The translations under genes were made by a program, and so were the position numbers. A stretch of DNA of 64,000 nucleotides from contig OX337232.1 in the NCBI GenBank assembly GCA_946965045.2, positions 2,542,001 through 2,606,000 on the forward strand, read 5' to 3'. Below the pieces are notes generated by a model that did not search any database, was not told where the DNA came from, and was given only the letters and a program-made list of their open reading frames with translations. Shown piece after piece: positions 32,831-44,279 of this stretch. Source of the DNA: Epithemia pelagica. Lineage: Eukaryota; Protista; Bacillariophyta. Positions within the stretch are counted from its first letter, which is position 1; each line of letters opens with the position of its first letter.

Positions 32831-35311
32831 ATGAGACTCTTTACAACAGTTTGGCCATGGATCTTTGTCGTGGCCATTCTTTTTCATTTCACAGTGGCAC
32901 AGGAGAGGATCCAACAAGAGCCTCCTCAAGTCCAATTGTCCCTCGACGAATTCACGGAACTATACTCCTCGGCCAAACTCAAAGAGGTCGAGAGACGTCT
33001 CTTGGATGAACAAACGATATGGAAACAGGCTCAGAAACAAGAACGCGACCGATTCGAAAGAGAGGCCCATGAAAGGGTCCAACAGCAGGAACGCCTTGTC
33101 GTGCAAGTTCAACAAGAGCTCTTTCCCCAAAATTTTCAAGTTCTCCATCACACCGTGTCTGGTGTATACAACAGTTCGTCGTCACTGGACCCTGGAGTCG
33201 AGGGTGATTTGGCACGGTTTGACGTTGAACTGATGGTACGGGTCATGGACTATTCGGCATTTTCCCCAAACCATGCGTTGCCCCGTCCATGGACAGTGGT
33301 GCCGCTGGTCAATACAACATCCACGGTGGCTACCGACTGGAGGGTTTTCCATCATCAACAAGAAAACTTGAACAATGATGGAGAGTTTGAAGAAAAGGAT
33401 CCAGTCTCGGATCCTGGTGTTTTGGTCATGATACGAAACGAACAACAAGCCTTGGTCACCAACCAAACAGGCTTGTTCAAGATCCAGTTCACAGCGTATA
33501 CACGTGTGAGTCAGACACGAAACATGCACTCTGTATCCTTGAGCAGTCTCTTGTATCCATTGTCCAGTCTGTCCTTTCGGATTGCCCAAACTTCCCCTTC
33601 CATGTCCGCACAAGACCTGAGCATTCAACCCTCCTCGGCAGTGCTGTTAGTGAAAGCACAAGAATTCTTTACCGATATTCAAGCAACACTGCCACTGGAC
33701 GCGGACCACTTTAAACTGAGATGGGTCAATGTTGATCAAGAGCAGGGACAAGACAAGGAGACGCCGTTTGAGGCCTCCGCATCTTCCAAACAGCCGACAA
33801 GACACAAGCAGCAGACAGAGAATCCACCCCAAGTTTCAGTCATTCATCATGTCCTGCACACAATTGGAGAGGGCACAGTTCAAAGCCAACACACGCTGGA
33901 TTATACCACAACGTCCAGTGATGGATCTCCATTGAATTCCGTGGAATTTCTGGTCCATGGAGGAGACGGCGTTCACATTACATCGGTGGAGGGGTTTGCC
34001 TTACAAAGCTGGTCCGTCATTGCCGCACCCAAGAACAACAATCCTAATACCACTACAACACCCACGATACCATCCGTGACGAGTGCCGCCAAAGTAGTCA
34101 AGGCCATTTTCAAAACGTCACAAGTTGCTTCCCGCCAGGTGACATTGCACGTGCACACAGAAATGAACCGTGCCGATGCGACATCCTACAATAACAAGGA
34201 CGAAGACGACGACGAGGAATTCACCATGGTGGAATTGCCTCGCCTGGAATGTCTCCACGTGGTTCGTCAGACCGGTCACGTGGGTGTCATCAAAACCGCC
34301 AATGTGGAAGTCCACGAGCATGAGTTGGGTTCCAGTTTGTTACGCGTGGAAGCATCCGAACTGTCATCGCAACTTCGTCTCAATGTGGATCGACCCATTG
34401 TTCTGAGCTACAAGTACTGGAATCCTCAACACAATCAATTGCTACTTTCGGTGCAAGAACACGAGGCACTCGAAACCTTGGAGGCAACCATCGACCGCGT
34501 CCATTACAAGGTGGTTGTGACCGAGACACATGCCGTTCATTCACTCCTTGTCATGGTCCAAAGTACCCAGCTGCAATACTTGAATGTGTTTGGTTTACCA
34601 GCCTCCTCGTCCAAGTTTACCGTCTTGGTCAATTCGGCTCCGACGAAACCCGTCCGCGGCCGGAAGAAGCAGTCGACCGTCACAAACAACAACAATAATA
34701 CTACCAATATTCTCATTCCTCTCCACGTGGGTCTCGATCCGGAATCGGCTCATCGATCGAGCCTTCTTACGTCGGTGGAACTGACCTTTGTCAGTACCCT
34801 GGAACAAGCATTGACAACCAAGCCAGAGGAAACAACCACGACCAACAAGAATGAAACGCTGTTGATACTCGATCCACAACGGTTTGACATGCCCGTCAGT
34901 GTCTTGACCACTCATTTGAATTTGCCACAAGAGTACACGTACAACTTTTCGGGAACCCTGGGATCACATCGATTGTCCAATCGTTCGGCGATGTTACCCA
35001 TTCCACAAGCCTTGCATCATGTCCAGGGAAAACGAGTCGTCCATCACGATTATGAATTTACCATTCTCGATGACATGATGTATGACGACGACGAAGACGA
35101 CCAAGCCGCAACGGGGGGTGCGGCCGTTCGCATCCTGACACCCGAATCAGGAACCAATGCGTACTTTCAAAAACTCTTGGTCTTCTTGGAGGACCAAGCT
35201 GACAACGAAACCAACGACAGTCCAGCCGTACTTCATGTCCGAGCAACAACCAGGAAACGACCTTCCAACCGTTCGTGGCTGGAATCACTCCAACGCCGCT
35301 TGCGTTTTTGA
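32831..35311 (+). CDS. Secreted/surface protein of unknown function (826 aa from ATG 32831)
   Basis: Signal peptide, coiled-coil segment, then beta-rich domains (PRLECLHVVRQTGHVGV..., RPIVLSYKY, LEATID); long uninterrupted ORF. Confidence 0.72.
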   Translation: MRLFTTVWPWIFVVAILFHFTVAQERIQQEPPQVQLSLDEFTELYSSAKLKEVERRLLDEQTIWKQAQKQERDRFEREAHERVQQQERLVVQVQQELFPQNFQVLHHTVSGVYNSSSSLDPGVEGDLARFDVELMVRVMDYSAFSPNHALPRPWTVVPLVNTTSTVATDWRVFHHQQENLNNDGEFEEKDPVSDPGVLVMIRNEQQALVTNQTGLFKIQFTAYTRVSQTRNMHSVSLSSLLYPLSSLSFRIAQTSPSMSAQDLSIQPSSAVLLVKAQEFFTDIQATLPLDADHFKLRWVNVDQEQGQDKETPFEASASSKQPTRHKQQTENPPQVSVIHHVLHTIGEGTVQSQHTLDYTTTSSDGSPLNSVEFLVHGGDGVHITSVEGFALQSWSVIAAPKNNNPNTTTTPTIPSVTSAAKVVKAIFKTSQVASRQVTLHVHTEMNRADATSYNNKDEDDDEEFTMVELPRLECLHVVRQTGHVGVIKTANVEVHEHELGSSLLRVEASELSSQLRLNVDRPIVLSYKYWNPQHNQLLLSVQEHEALETLEATIDRVHYKVVVTETHAVHSLLVMVQSTQLQYLNVFGLPASSSKFTVLVNSAPTKPVRGRKKQSTVTNNNNNTTNILIPLHVGLDPESAHRSSLLTSVELTFVSTLEQALTTKPEETTTTNKNETLLILDPQRFDMPVSVLTTHLNLPQEYTYNFSGTLGSHRLSNRSAMLPIPQALHHVQGKRVVHHDYEFTILDDMMYDDDEDDQAATGGAAVRILTPESGTNAYFQKLLVFLEDQADNETNDSPAVLHVRATTRKRPSNRSWLESLQRRLRF

Positions 35312-35449
35312 TGAAACACGAAAGCGCATGTAGTATCCGCACTGTCTCGAATACTACATTGGTAATAGCTGGTGCTGTTGATTGTTTTTATATGATGTCA
35401 TGTACAAATAGGTTTCCGTATGTTTGGATGCCATCTTTTTCAGGTTGTG

Positions 35450-36450
35450 GAGGTCTCAATCCTTTGTGTGAGTCATTGTATTCGGTCGGTCATTGCTCCT
35501 TTCGGAGTGTGGATATCCTTCCAGACCATGCAGAGGATTCACGTGGTTCATCCAATTGCCGCGATTGGTGGAAGCCGGAATCCCTCCTGTCCCACAAAAA
35601 GGATTCCAATGTCCACCCATCACGGCATTTGGATTGGAAACAGTGGCAGGTTTCGAGGAAGGGGCGGCATCTCGGATGATATATATCCTTCCAGACCATG
35701 CAGAGGATACCATATGGTTCATCTAATTGCCGCAATTGGTGGAAACCGGAATGCCTCCTGTCCCACAAAAAGGATTGCAATGTCCACCCATCACGACATT
35801 TAGATTGGAAACAGTGGCAGGTTTCGAGGAAGGGGCGGCATCTCGGATGATATATATCCTTCCAGACCATGCAGAGGATACCATGTGGTTCATCCAATTG
35901 CCGCGATTGGTGGAAGCCGGAATCCCTCCTGTCCCACAAAAAGGATTCCAATGTCCACCCATCACGGCATTTGGATTGCAAAAACAGTTACACCCATACG
36001 GCAGTCTGGACCTTCTTGTGTTTCCCCTCTTGTGGGTTTCACACATGGTACTTATCCACCGCGGTTGGTTCTTCAAAAGTCCTCTCTCCCGCTAAGACCA
36101 GGGAAATCTTGGGAGGAACTTTTAATAAAAGCCATGACGTTACGGCTCACGACAATCTCTTTCCGATCGGCCACCTCACCGAATATCCGCCGCAACTTGG
36201 ACGCATCCTCCAGATATTTGTATAGTGATAACCATCTTGTTGCGTCTTCGACATTTTGAAGGAACCATTCCATACTTCTTGAAGATGAAAAGGGTAATCT
36301 GAGTAATGAGCCTCGTCGTTCCTGCTTACCGCGGCTTCTGCAGGCAAATAACAGCCGCCCCAAAAAGGGATATCACAACAGACTCGTTGGGATTTTGGAG
36401 TAACCTTACCTTTTTTCTTCGAGTTCCTCCGTGAAGCATGAATTTAAACC
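35450..36450 (-). pseudogene. Decayed paralogue of the NTPase at 36706-37765, with an internal deletion and a triplicated C-terminal segment (boundaries approximate)
   Basis: About 36110-36345 aligns with about 37460-37676. The repeat unit translates as M...I..PR.R...F...GWT...WD..D, matching the paralogue's C-terminus (MEEVIDNPRER...GWTGMFWDDKD). Confidence 0.62.
35512..35978. repeat. Tandem repeat, 170-171-bp unit, ~2.7 copies
   Basis: CCTTCCAGACCATGCAGAGGAT recurs at 35517, 35687 and 35858; units are highly similar with no unique spacers. Confidence 0.92.
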
Positions 36451-36705
36451 GCGACCGAATCGTCGGTTGCACGGCACAAAAACGAGACGACGACGACCAG
36501 GACGACCGTAGGACCATCTATTTCGAATTACAACCTCTGGAGAGAGACCAAGGTTTGTTTGGTCACGTGTCACAGTATTTGGAATCTACATATGTTTTGT
36601 GTGGAATGGAACTCTCTCCTTCCGACTCCAAAGCACTTGACATTTTGGTTGTAAAAGTGGTGTCTCTTCGTTCGCAGAGAATACGGATCCTGTGCTCAAT
36701 CTAGC

Positions 36706-37765
36706 TCAGCCGCTTTGCTTTGCAAAATGCTCCTGAAAGACTTTTATGGGTGTCATTTCACCATCATTGAGCTCTATCTCACCAACTTGGTCCAGCTCCA
36801 CAAGCGCCTGGATGTCTTTATCGTCCCAAAACATACCAGTCCAGCCAGGAATCTCTTTGAACTGCGCGGAAGCGCGTTCTCTTGGGTTGTCAATAACCTC
36901 TTCCATTGGAAGGATTTTGACACCACCGTTGATAGCGATCATTTCATTCGCCCATTCTCTATCCTTGGTGAGAATTAGTACATTCACTGTCGCCGCAAAA
37001 GCGGCAGTATAGAGTCGACCCACAAATTCATGATTCGCTTCGGATTGAGGTAGGTCGTCAATGATTATTCGAGGCCCTAGCTTGTACGAAGGATCTAAAT
37101 TGAGTGCGAACGGAGGGTGTGCCATAAGATTGGCAGGTTCGCCAACGGAAGGCCGAAAGCAATTCATTCTTTGAATCATTTCAGAGATGCTCCCCATTAG
37201 CTTTTCTGCAGTTGATTTGGGTTCCGTCTCCGAGGGAGGTCTCACAGACGCGACCAGGATGGAAGCAATGTGAGGCGCTGCCAAAGGTGCCGACATTTGT
37301 TTTGCAAAGCTTGTCGCAAAATCAAGACTTCCTTCTGCCTCAATCATAATGGCACGGTCGGGTCGATGGGCATAGTCTCCACGTAATAAATACATTGCGG
37401 ATGTAGTTTTTCCGCAGCCAGAGACTCCGTAACAAACAGTTGTTTGACCAGGGAACTCGTGGAAGGCACTTTTGAGAAACGCCTTGACGCTACGGCTCCG
37501 GACAATCTCCTTTCCGATCAGGGACCTCACCGAATATCCGCCGCGACTTGGACGCATCCTCCAGATATCTGTATAGTGATAACCATCTTGTTGGGCCCTC
37601 GACATTTTGAAGGAACCATTCCATCCTTCTTGAAGATAAAAAGGGTATATCGTTGCTGCTTCCCGCGGCTTCTGCTCCGAGTAATAACTGCGACCGGAAC
37701 GGGTCGCGGATTAAATGCGTGCTTGTTGTTCCATATAGCGAGAAGTGAACTCTGCGCATGGGCAT
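36706..37765 (-). pseudogene. P-loop NTPase (AAA/STAND-like) gene with one frameshift near 37510
   Basis: Walker A GVSGCGKT and Walker B IIIDD. The N-terminal frame (37490-37798) and the NTPase frame (36706-37605) overlap out of frame; CTCCTTTCC here vs CTCTTTCC in the paralogue. Confidence 0.72.
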
Positions 37766-38130
37766 GGTTGTGATAGAGAGTATCGTGATCGTTGGCAATC
37801 AAACGGTCTATATTATACAACTTATTACAGACATTCTGTGGCATCATTGTGCTTGACACAAACAAGTTCGTCCTCCTTTGTTGGCTGTGGTTGACGTGGA
37901 ACCACTCTTGTTGTTGTTCTTGTTTTTCTTATAGTGGTGGTGCCGTTTCCTTTGGTGGCACGGCAACAACAACAACAACAACCCGACGGCTGCCCTCCGT
38001 GGAACGAAGAAGAAGGAATGACAAAGTGCGGTGTCGTACGAATCCTAATTCGATTGGAGAGGAACAACAACAAGACAACTACCTGGGGAATCGGCGACAG
38101 TCGTTGTCCCGCCAGAACAATCCGGACAGG

Positions 38131-41004
38131 ATGCCATCTCCCAACAACAACAACAACCAGGACGACGACGAGGAACAACCAAAGCGACGACAAGCTGCAA
38201 ATGATGATGATGATGATGGTGAGCCTGTGACGAAGCGACCACGCATCACGAATGACAGTCGTAGCAAACCAAAACCACAACGACAACAAGCCACTTTGAC
38301 GTCCTTTTTTCAATCCAAGAAACCACCAAAACCAAAGCAACCACCACAACAACAACAAGACGCCAAATCCAGCAGCACCAGCACCAAGTCGGAAAGTACT
38401 ACAACACCCTCCATTCCACCAGACGAACCAGAATCGAAACCAGGCAATAACAACAAGAAGGAGTCCACACAACCACCACCAATCATTTCCTCTATGACAA
38501 CTACCACCAGTGACACGACGGCACCATTGTTGTCGTCGTCTTTGTCTTTCTCCAACTCACCCTTGGTACCACCTCCCTTGGTGACTCCCGTACCCGATCC
38601 GATTGTCCCCACAATTGTATCACCCAATCCTCGAGTGGAATGGAAGTCCTTGCACGATTCTCATGTCTTGGTACGCATCGACCGATCGTCGACGTCCTCA
38701 ACTACCAGTGGTGGCAACAAGAATAAATTGGCCGCCTTGGATTTGGATGGAACCTTGGTGATTTGGGCGAGTTCCTTTTCGGGATTTTGGCCCAATCAAT
38801 TGACCCATTTCAATCTGTGGTCGTCGACGGTCATTCCGCAATTGCGGGCCTTGGTCGATGACCATGGCTACCAATTGCTCATTGTATCCAACCAAGGAGG
38901 CATTCAATCGGCCCATTCGGGCAAAAAGGCCACCTTGGTCAAACATGTGATCAATTATTTGGCGCATGAGCTCCAACGACCCTTGCAAGCCGTCGTGTCC
39001 ACCAAGAGTCCCAAACGATATGCCGCCACATCCTTTCACAAACCGTCCCCCAAACTCTGGAAGGTGGCCCTGGAATCGTCGGGGTTGATTCAACCGACCA
39101 ACAAGAAGGAGCAGAAATGGAATTGGGCCGAGAGTTTTTTTGCGGGCGATTCGGCCGACCCCAACGACGACCAAGGCGGGGTCGATGCCAAATTTGCTCA
39201 AGCCGTCTCTGACGAGTATTTATCAAAGGAAGGAGTGACCTTGCAATTCTTTACTCCCACGCAATTGTTTGGACCCAGTGATGAGGAACGGCGATCTCCG
39301 ACGTTGACAGGACTCACGAGTGTCGATCCCGTGCCACCCGCCGCCTGCCAAACGCGTGCGGCCTTGCTGGGAGGATACTTGTCCGGACCCCTCCTCTTGC
39401 TCTTGTGCGGTGTCCAAGGGAGTGGCAAATCCACCGTTTGTCATGAATTGATCGAGGCAACCAAACAAAATCCAAAGCATTTGACCCAGTGGGTGCACTT
39501 GAGTCAAGATACCATCAACAATGGCAAACCTGGCAAACGAGAAACGGTCGAGGCTCGGACCCGACACGCCTTGGAACAAGGCTTGTGTGTCGTGGTGGAT
39601 CGCATGCATTTGGATGCCACACAACGACAGTATTTTGTCGCCGTGGCGGAATCACTGGACATTCCCGTTCATGTCCTGGCATTGACGCCGCCGCAATCCG
39701 TCGTGGTACATCGGGTCCGACATCGAACCAATCATCCGGGCAAGGTCCAAGGACCGAGCGGAGTCAAATCGACCCTGCAATCCTTGCGTCACTTGGTTCT
39801 ACCCACGTATGCGCAGGAACCAGGCTTGACCTTGATTCATGTGGCCAGCACTCCCCGGCAAGTGTCGCAGCTGGTCGACGTGTATCGTAACGTGCGAGCA
39901 TTGTCCTCATCCGACACTCCAAATACAAACAACCCGAATTTCGGTAGCAATAATACCAACCGACGCACCCTGGCGACACGAATTCCCTTGGCGTCGACAG
40001 AGGCCGGGGACGATGACCATGACAAAAACAACCACAACGACGACGACGACAAAAACGAGCAAACGTTGACTCTACCGATTCTAACCTTGGGAACCATGGG
40101 CATTGGAAAAAAGAAGACGGCAGACGCAATTCGCGAGGCGATTGCGGCAGAATGTCAGGCCATTGATACGGCACCCACGTACAAGAATGAAGAACAGGTC
40201 GGCGAAGCGCTCTCCCAACTCGACCCGACTCATGAAAATGTCTTTTGTATTGCCAAGATTCCCAAATCCGTCACGCAACCCGAACAAGTGGCCGTAGAAC
40301 TGGACGCTACCTTGACGAAATTGCAACGATCATCGGTTCATCTCTTGTTGTTGCATTGGCCCTGTGATGTCATGGCGGCGGATACCTTGTCCGCCGTCTG
40401 GAAGGCCATGGAAGCATGTGTCCAGCAAGGCAAATGCCGAGCCTTGGGAGTGTGCAATTTCAATGGTGCAGCCTTGACGACCTTGCTCGCGTCGTGTACG
40501 ATACGGCCCGTGGTCAATCAAGTTGAACGGCATCCTCTGTTGCCGCAATGGGACTTGATGGATGTGTGTGCCCGTCACAATATTGTTTTGCAAGCTCATA
40601 CACCCTTGGGACAAGGCCGCGACGAATTGCTCGCTCATCCCGTGATTGTCGACCTGGCGACCCAGCATGGCAGCAACAATGGCAATCCGCTGTCGCCGGC
40701 GCAAGTGGTACTCTTGTGGAACCTTCAACAAGGATGTGCCGTCGTACCCAAATGCAGTAGTCCCCAACACTTGAGGGAATTGACTCGAGTCATATACGGC
40801 AACGACAAGCAACAGAAAGAGTTTGTTGGGTGCTTGTCTCCCGCTGAGATGAAACGGTTGGATTCCTTGACCATGACGACGGCATCCGACAGCGACGCCA
40901 CACTGGCGTCAACAACGACCACACGATTTGTGGCTCCTCCCTTCATGTATGGGACACAATCCTATTGTTGGGGAACCCGCATGCCTCGTCGTCGCAGCAA
41001 GTGA
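38131..41004 (+). CDS. PNKP: Polynucleotide kinase 3'-phosphatase (HAD phosphatase + P-loop kinase) fused to a C-terminal aldo/keto reductase, ~957 aa
   Basis: ALDLDGTLV, IVSNQGGI, FHKPSP, FAGDSA (PNK3P); CGVQGSGKST and VVVDR (kinase); IDTAPTYKNE, AKI, LLHWP, LGVCNF, NQVERHP, AHTPLG, VVPK (AKR). Confidence 0.88.
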   Translation: MPSPNNNNNQDDDEEQPKRRQAANDDDDDGEPVTKRPRITNDSRSKPKPQRQQATLTSFFQSKKPPKPKQPPQQQQDAKSSSTSTKSESTTTPSIPPDEPESKPGNNNKKESTQPPPIISSMTTTTSDTTAPLLSSSLSFSNSPLVPPPLVTPVPDPIVPTIVSPNPRVEWKSLHDSHVLVRIDRSSTSSTTSGGNKNKLAALDLDGTLVIWASSFSGFWPNQLTHFNLWSSTVIPQLRALVDDHGYQLLIVSNQGGIQSAHSGKKATLVKHVINYLAHELQRPLQAVVSTKSPKRYAATSFHKPSPKLWKVALESSGLIQPTNKKEQKWNWAESFFAGDSADPNDDQGGVDAKFAQAVSDEYLSKEGVTLQFFTPTQLFGPSDEERRSPTLTGLTSVDPVPPAACQTRAALLGGYLSGPLLLLLCGVQGSGKSTVCHELIEATKQNPKHLTQWVHLSQDTINNGKPGKRETVEARTRHALEQGLCVVVDRMHLDATQRQYFVAVAESLDIPVHVLALTPPQSVVVHRVRHRTNHPGKVQGPSGVKSTLQSLRHLVLPTYAQEPGLTLIHVASTPRQVSQLVDVYRNVRALSSSDTPNTNNPNFGSNNTNRRTLATRIPLASTEAGDDDHDKNNHNDDDDKNEQTLTLPILTLGTMGIGKKKTADAIREAIAAECQAIDTAPTYKNEEQVGEALSQLDPTHENVFCIAKIPKSVTQPEQVAVELDATLTKLQRSSVHLLLLHWPCDVMAADTLSAVWKAMEACVQQGKCRALGVCNFNGAALTTLLASCTIRPVVNQVERHPLLPQWDLMDVCARHNIVLQAHTPLGQGRDELLAHPVIVDLATQHGSNNGNPLSPAQVVLLWNLQQGCAVVPKCSSPQHLRELTRVIYGNDKQQKEFVGCLSPAEMKRLDSLTMTTASDSDATLASTTTTRFVAPPFMYGTQSYCWGTRMPRRRSK

Positions 41005-41899
41005 CATGCAATCGTGGGTTTTGGAAAGCCAATGGACCGTATTAGAATCGTTTTCGTCCATGGATGAAGGTTTCACCAATAGCATGAGAAGGGAGATTTG
41101 GAAGACACAACAAAACATTAGTGCGTTGATACATGTGTGTGTGCACAAGCAGGTTGCACCCACATCCCAGCCTTGGTACAAAAAAGAAGAGGCAGGGAAT
41201 CTCGTTTGCCCATCTTTTGGAGAAAACAAAGAGAAGCACTCTTGAGATTACCCAAACTATGAGAAAACTTGTTCTTCTATAGATTGTGGATACTCTTTGG
41301 AGTCGTCGTCGTCCTGGCGCTACTATACTAGATTGGCATCCTCATCCGCAGAGTCTCCTCTCTAGGAGGACATGCTGCTATACTATGGGAGCACACATCC
41401 AATCACTTGTATCGCAAACGACTGCATGCCATACACAAGGCTCTCTGGTCTCATCATCTCTCTCTCTCCTATCAGGAAACCAAAGGCACTCCCAACCCAG
41501 CCGGTGGAGCGGGAATTGGATCTGCTCCAGCCGCGTTCGGTGTCGTGGCTGTCTTCTTCTTTGCCGTGTAAAGGTCCGAGGGCGCAACCTTCTTGCGCTT
41601 GTTGTCTCCCAAGACTGTTTTCGACATGAATATGCCATCACAAACTGTTGCTGCAACGGCAAAGACAGGTTCCCTGGTGTGTTGTTGGTCCAATACTCGT
41701 TGGGATTTTGGAGTAACCTTATAGCTGTTTGACGAAAGCCATGCGACCATTTAAGCTGGGCTAGGAGAGTCATGTATGTGGTCGCACCGAGTTTTGAATC
41801 GTCGTCATTGTGACGAAGGATGACGCAAGATAGAACTCCCTCTCGAGTCATGATACCTGAAGAAAGGACGTCTGTGCTTCAGACGCTGACGAACATTGT

Positions 41900-42347
41900 G
41901 GAAAACCCTGCCAACATTGGTCGAGGATGGATTGGTTGTGCGGTGCGAGAAGCGCCTTGGACGTGGTCCATTCCACTGCAGTTGAAATGCAAACGGAATT
42001 CCCAGACTATTTTCCGACGACAGACATGAATTCCAGCAGCTCTTTTGGGTGCTTTGTTTGCATGCTACTTGACCCATCCCTTTGACACTGTGAAGACATG
42101 CATGCAAGGCGACATTGAACGAAAAACCTACGGAATATTCTCGCAAACGGCGCAGACGATTTGGAATCAACATGGATTGGGTGGCTTTTATCGAGGATCC
42201 ACCTTTCGCAATGCGCGACAAGTACGTGCCGTTTTTATTATGGAACTGATGCAAGAAAAGGTTGGTATGCTGTTGTATCCATCGGCATATGGTGAGATGA
42301 AACTGACGACTCGGCCAACAACGTTGTCCCACACACATGGGCTATAG
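41900..42347 (+). pseudogene. 5'-truncated mitochondrial carrier family gene fragment
   Basis: LTHPFDTVKTCMQ (PX[DE]XXK signature) and HGLGGFYRG; upstream frame broken; only the last repeat is present. Confidence 0.72.
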
Positions 42348-42583
42348 CTACTTGTACTCTTCTTATTCTAGAGAGGGCGTACCGCGCCATAATACATGAA
42401 CCCATTGTAGAACGTGTTTTATTTCTTTATGTCCCTTGTCCTTTGATACTTATCCCACCTACAGCAATAGTGCCCACAAATTATCTTTCGACGGGACTGG
42501 AAGTTCTGTAATGGATCAATGGATCGCTGGGGCTGCCTGCTACCACGGAAACCGCATTAAGCGACAAGAAACGGCGTGACGTT

Positions 42584-43375
42584 CTAATGGCGGCGGCGGC
42601 GGACACTGCGCCCGAGCTGCTGGCGTTCTCCGCTTCGACGACGAGTACGTCGCTCGACACCCTGCTCCTCACCTTCCCCGTCACCTTGCGCCTCTTGCCG
42701 CCGCTGCTGGACTTGTGCCATTTGACTGCGAGTACGAAGCCCAACACCCTGCGCTTCACCTTGCCGGCCTGCACCTTGCGTCTCACCTTGCACGTCACCT
42801 TGAACTTGATCGTGTCCGCCACCTTGTGCTTGATCTTGCCCGCCACCATACTCGCCAACAGTCTCTTCGTCTGAAGACGAAGAGACGTGGCCTTCACGTC
42901 GAGCCAGAACTTCCTGAAACTCTTCAAGTACCCCAATGAGCTGCAATGTTACTCGGAGACTTCGGTTTGACCGAATATCTTCGAAGGATATTCCTCCGCA
43001 AGCAATGCGGCGCAGCATTGTTATTGTATTAGGCCGGTCGTTGTCATGCCGGAGAAGGCGCGCTCGATTGAGTTGTTCGTAAAACGACGAGATCAGCGAA
43101 AAGAAGCTTACATAATACCCTTGACTTTGTCGGGCCAAATCACCCAGAAAGTCAAGATTGGCTGGCAGGATCAATGCCTGGAAGGTCCTGTTCGCCAGGT
43201 CCAAATTTGCTGCTGCTCGCGCTGCTGCCGCCATCTTCTCCTTTTTACGCGCCTCTTTCAGTTTCCGACGGAACTCTATGCCACGTGCAGAGCGCTTTCC
43301 TTCCTCCTCCGAATCCCAACCCGCAAATGCAACCTTTCGTGATGTTGGAATATGAACAGGAGGCGCTGTGGACAT
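42584..43375 (-). CDS. Hypothetical protein with a Gln/Gly 4-aa repeat tail
   Basis: ATG at 43375, helical central part, then GGQDQAQGGGHDQVQGDVQGETQG repeats; no family recognised. Confidence 0.45.
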   Translation of the reverse strand: MSTAPPVHIPTSRKVAFAGWDSEEEGKRSARGIEFRRKLKEARKKEKMAAAARAAANLDLANRTFQALILPANLDFLGDLARQSQGYYVSFFSLISSFYEQLNRARLLRHDNDRPNTITMLRRIACGGISFEDIRSNRSLRVTLQLIGVLEEFQEVLARREGHVSSSSDEETVGEYGGGQDQAQGGGHDQVQGDVQGETQGAGRQGEAQGVGLRTRSQMAQVQQRRQEAQGDGEGEEQGVERRTRRRSGERQQLGRSVRRRRH

Positions 43376-44279
43376 ATTGCGTAAGGCTGCAGGCAACCAC
43401 TTTCGATGGTCTGTCACAGGCGTTTTTTTTTTTTTGTGAGGGCTTCGACCAAACCCGACTCCATGTGTTCACTCATACAACCACCCGAATGTGATTCGGA
43501 TGATGGGCAGACGACTATGTCATTCATGACTGAATCCAAGACTCAGATCCAATTTGCGATGGATACTCCAATGGAGTCGACTTGGACTCCAGAGATACTA
43601 GGGGTAGCTATGATGGCAACCAAACTGGAGTCGACATGGATTATACTTGATGCAATCAAGTAAGAACCTAATAGATGCGTGGTCCCGATTGTACTCAATC
43701 CTAGCTACTGAGAGATAGCACAACTATGTTTGGCTAGGTGTTAGTGACATAGTTGCTACTCTCACTAGAGGACGTGGGGAGATGTTTCGCGTGGGTTGGT
43801 TAGTTGGGCGTGATTCTGACGTGGAACAGCGTGGTGAAATGGTTTTTATTTAATGGATTGATAGAACAATGAATGACCGTTCTTCGATCATTGTTTTTCT
43901 TCGGGGCTGAATGGTTTTGAATAGGGGTTGGCCCGGCGTTTTTTGCCTTACATGGGAAGGTTTTGGTGTAAAGTACTGAATTTCGACTCTTGAGCTAAAA
44001 AAGTTTTTTCTAGTCTTTGATGTTTTTCCACCCCCAGACCCCCTTAGCCTGCCGGCTTACCCGACACGTTCATTCTGAACTCAGTCGAATACGCGATATA
44101 TTAAATATGGTGAAGAGCTTAGGGAATGGCTTTGTTGTCGATACGGATATCTTTCGACCTCCTGATGGGCAAGTCATACTACTTGGCAGTTCCAATTTCC
44201 CTTCCGAATAAAAAAGATTCTGTTTGAAAGTAAGATTATTGCTATGGCATCGTTGAACTGGTGTGCAATAGACTCGCAC

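Noticed and set aside
35512-35978. Possible CRISPR-like or satellite array
   Set aside because: Units are contiguous with no unique spacers, the context is eukaryotic, and the unit matches a neighbouring coding sequence.
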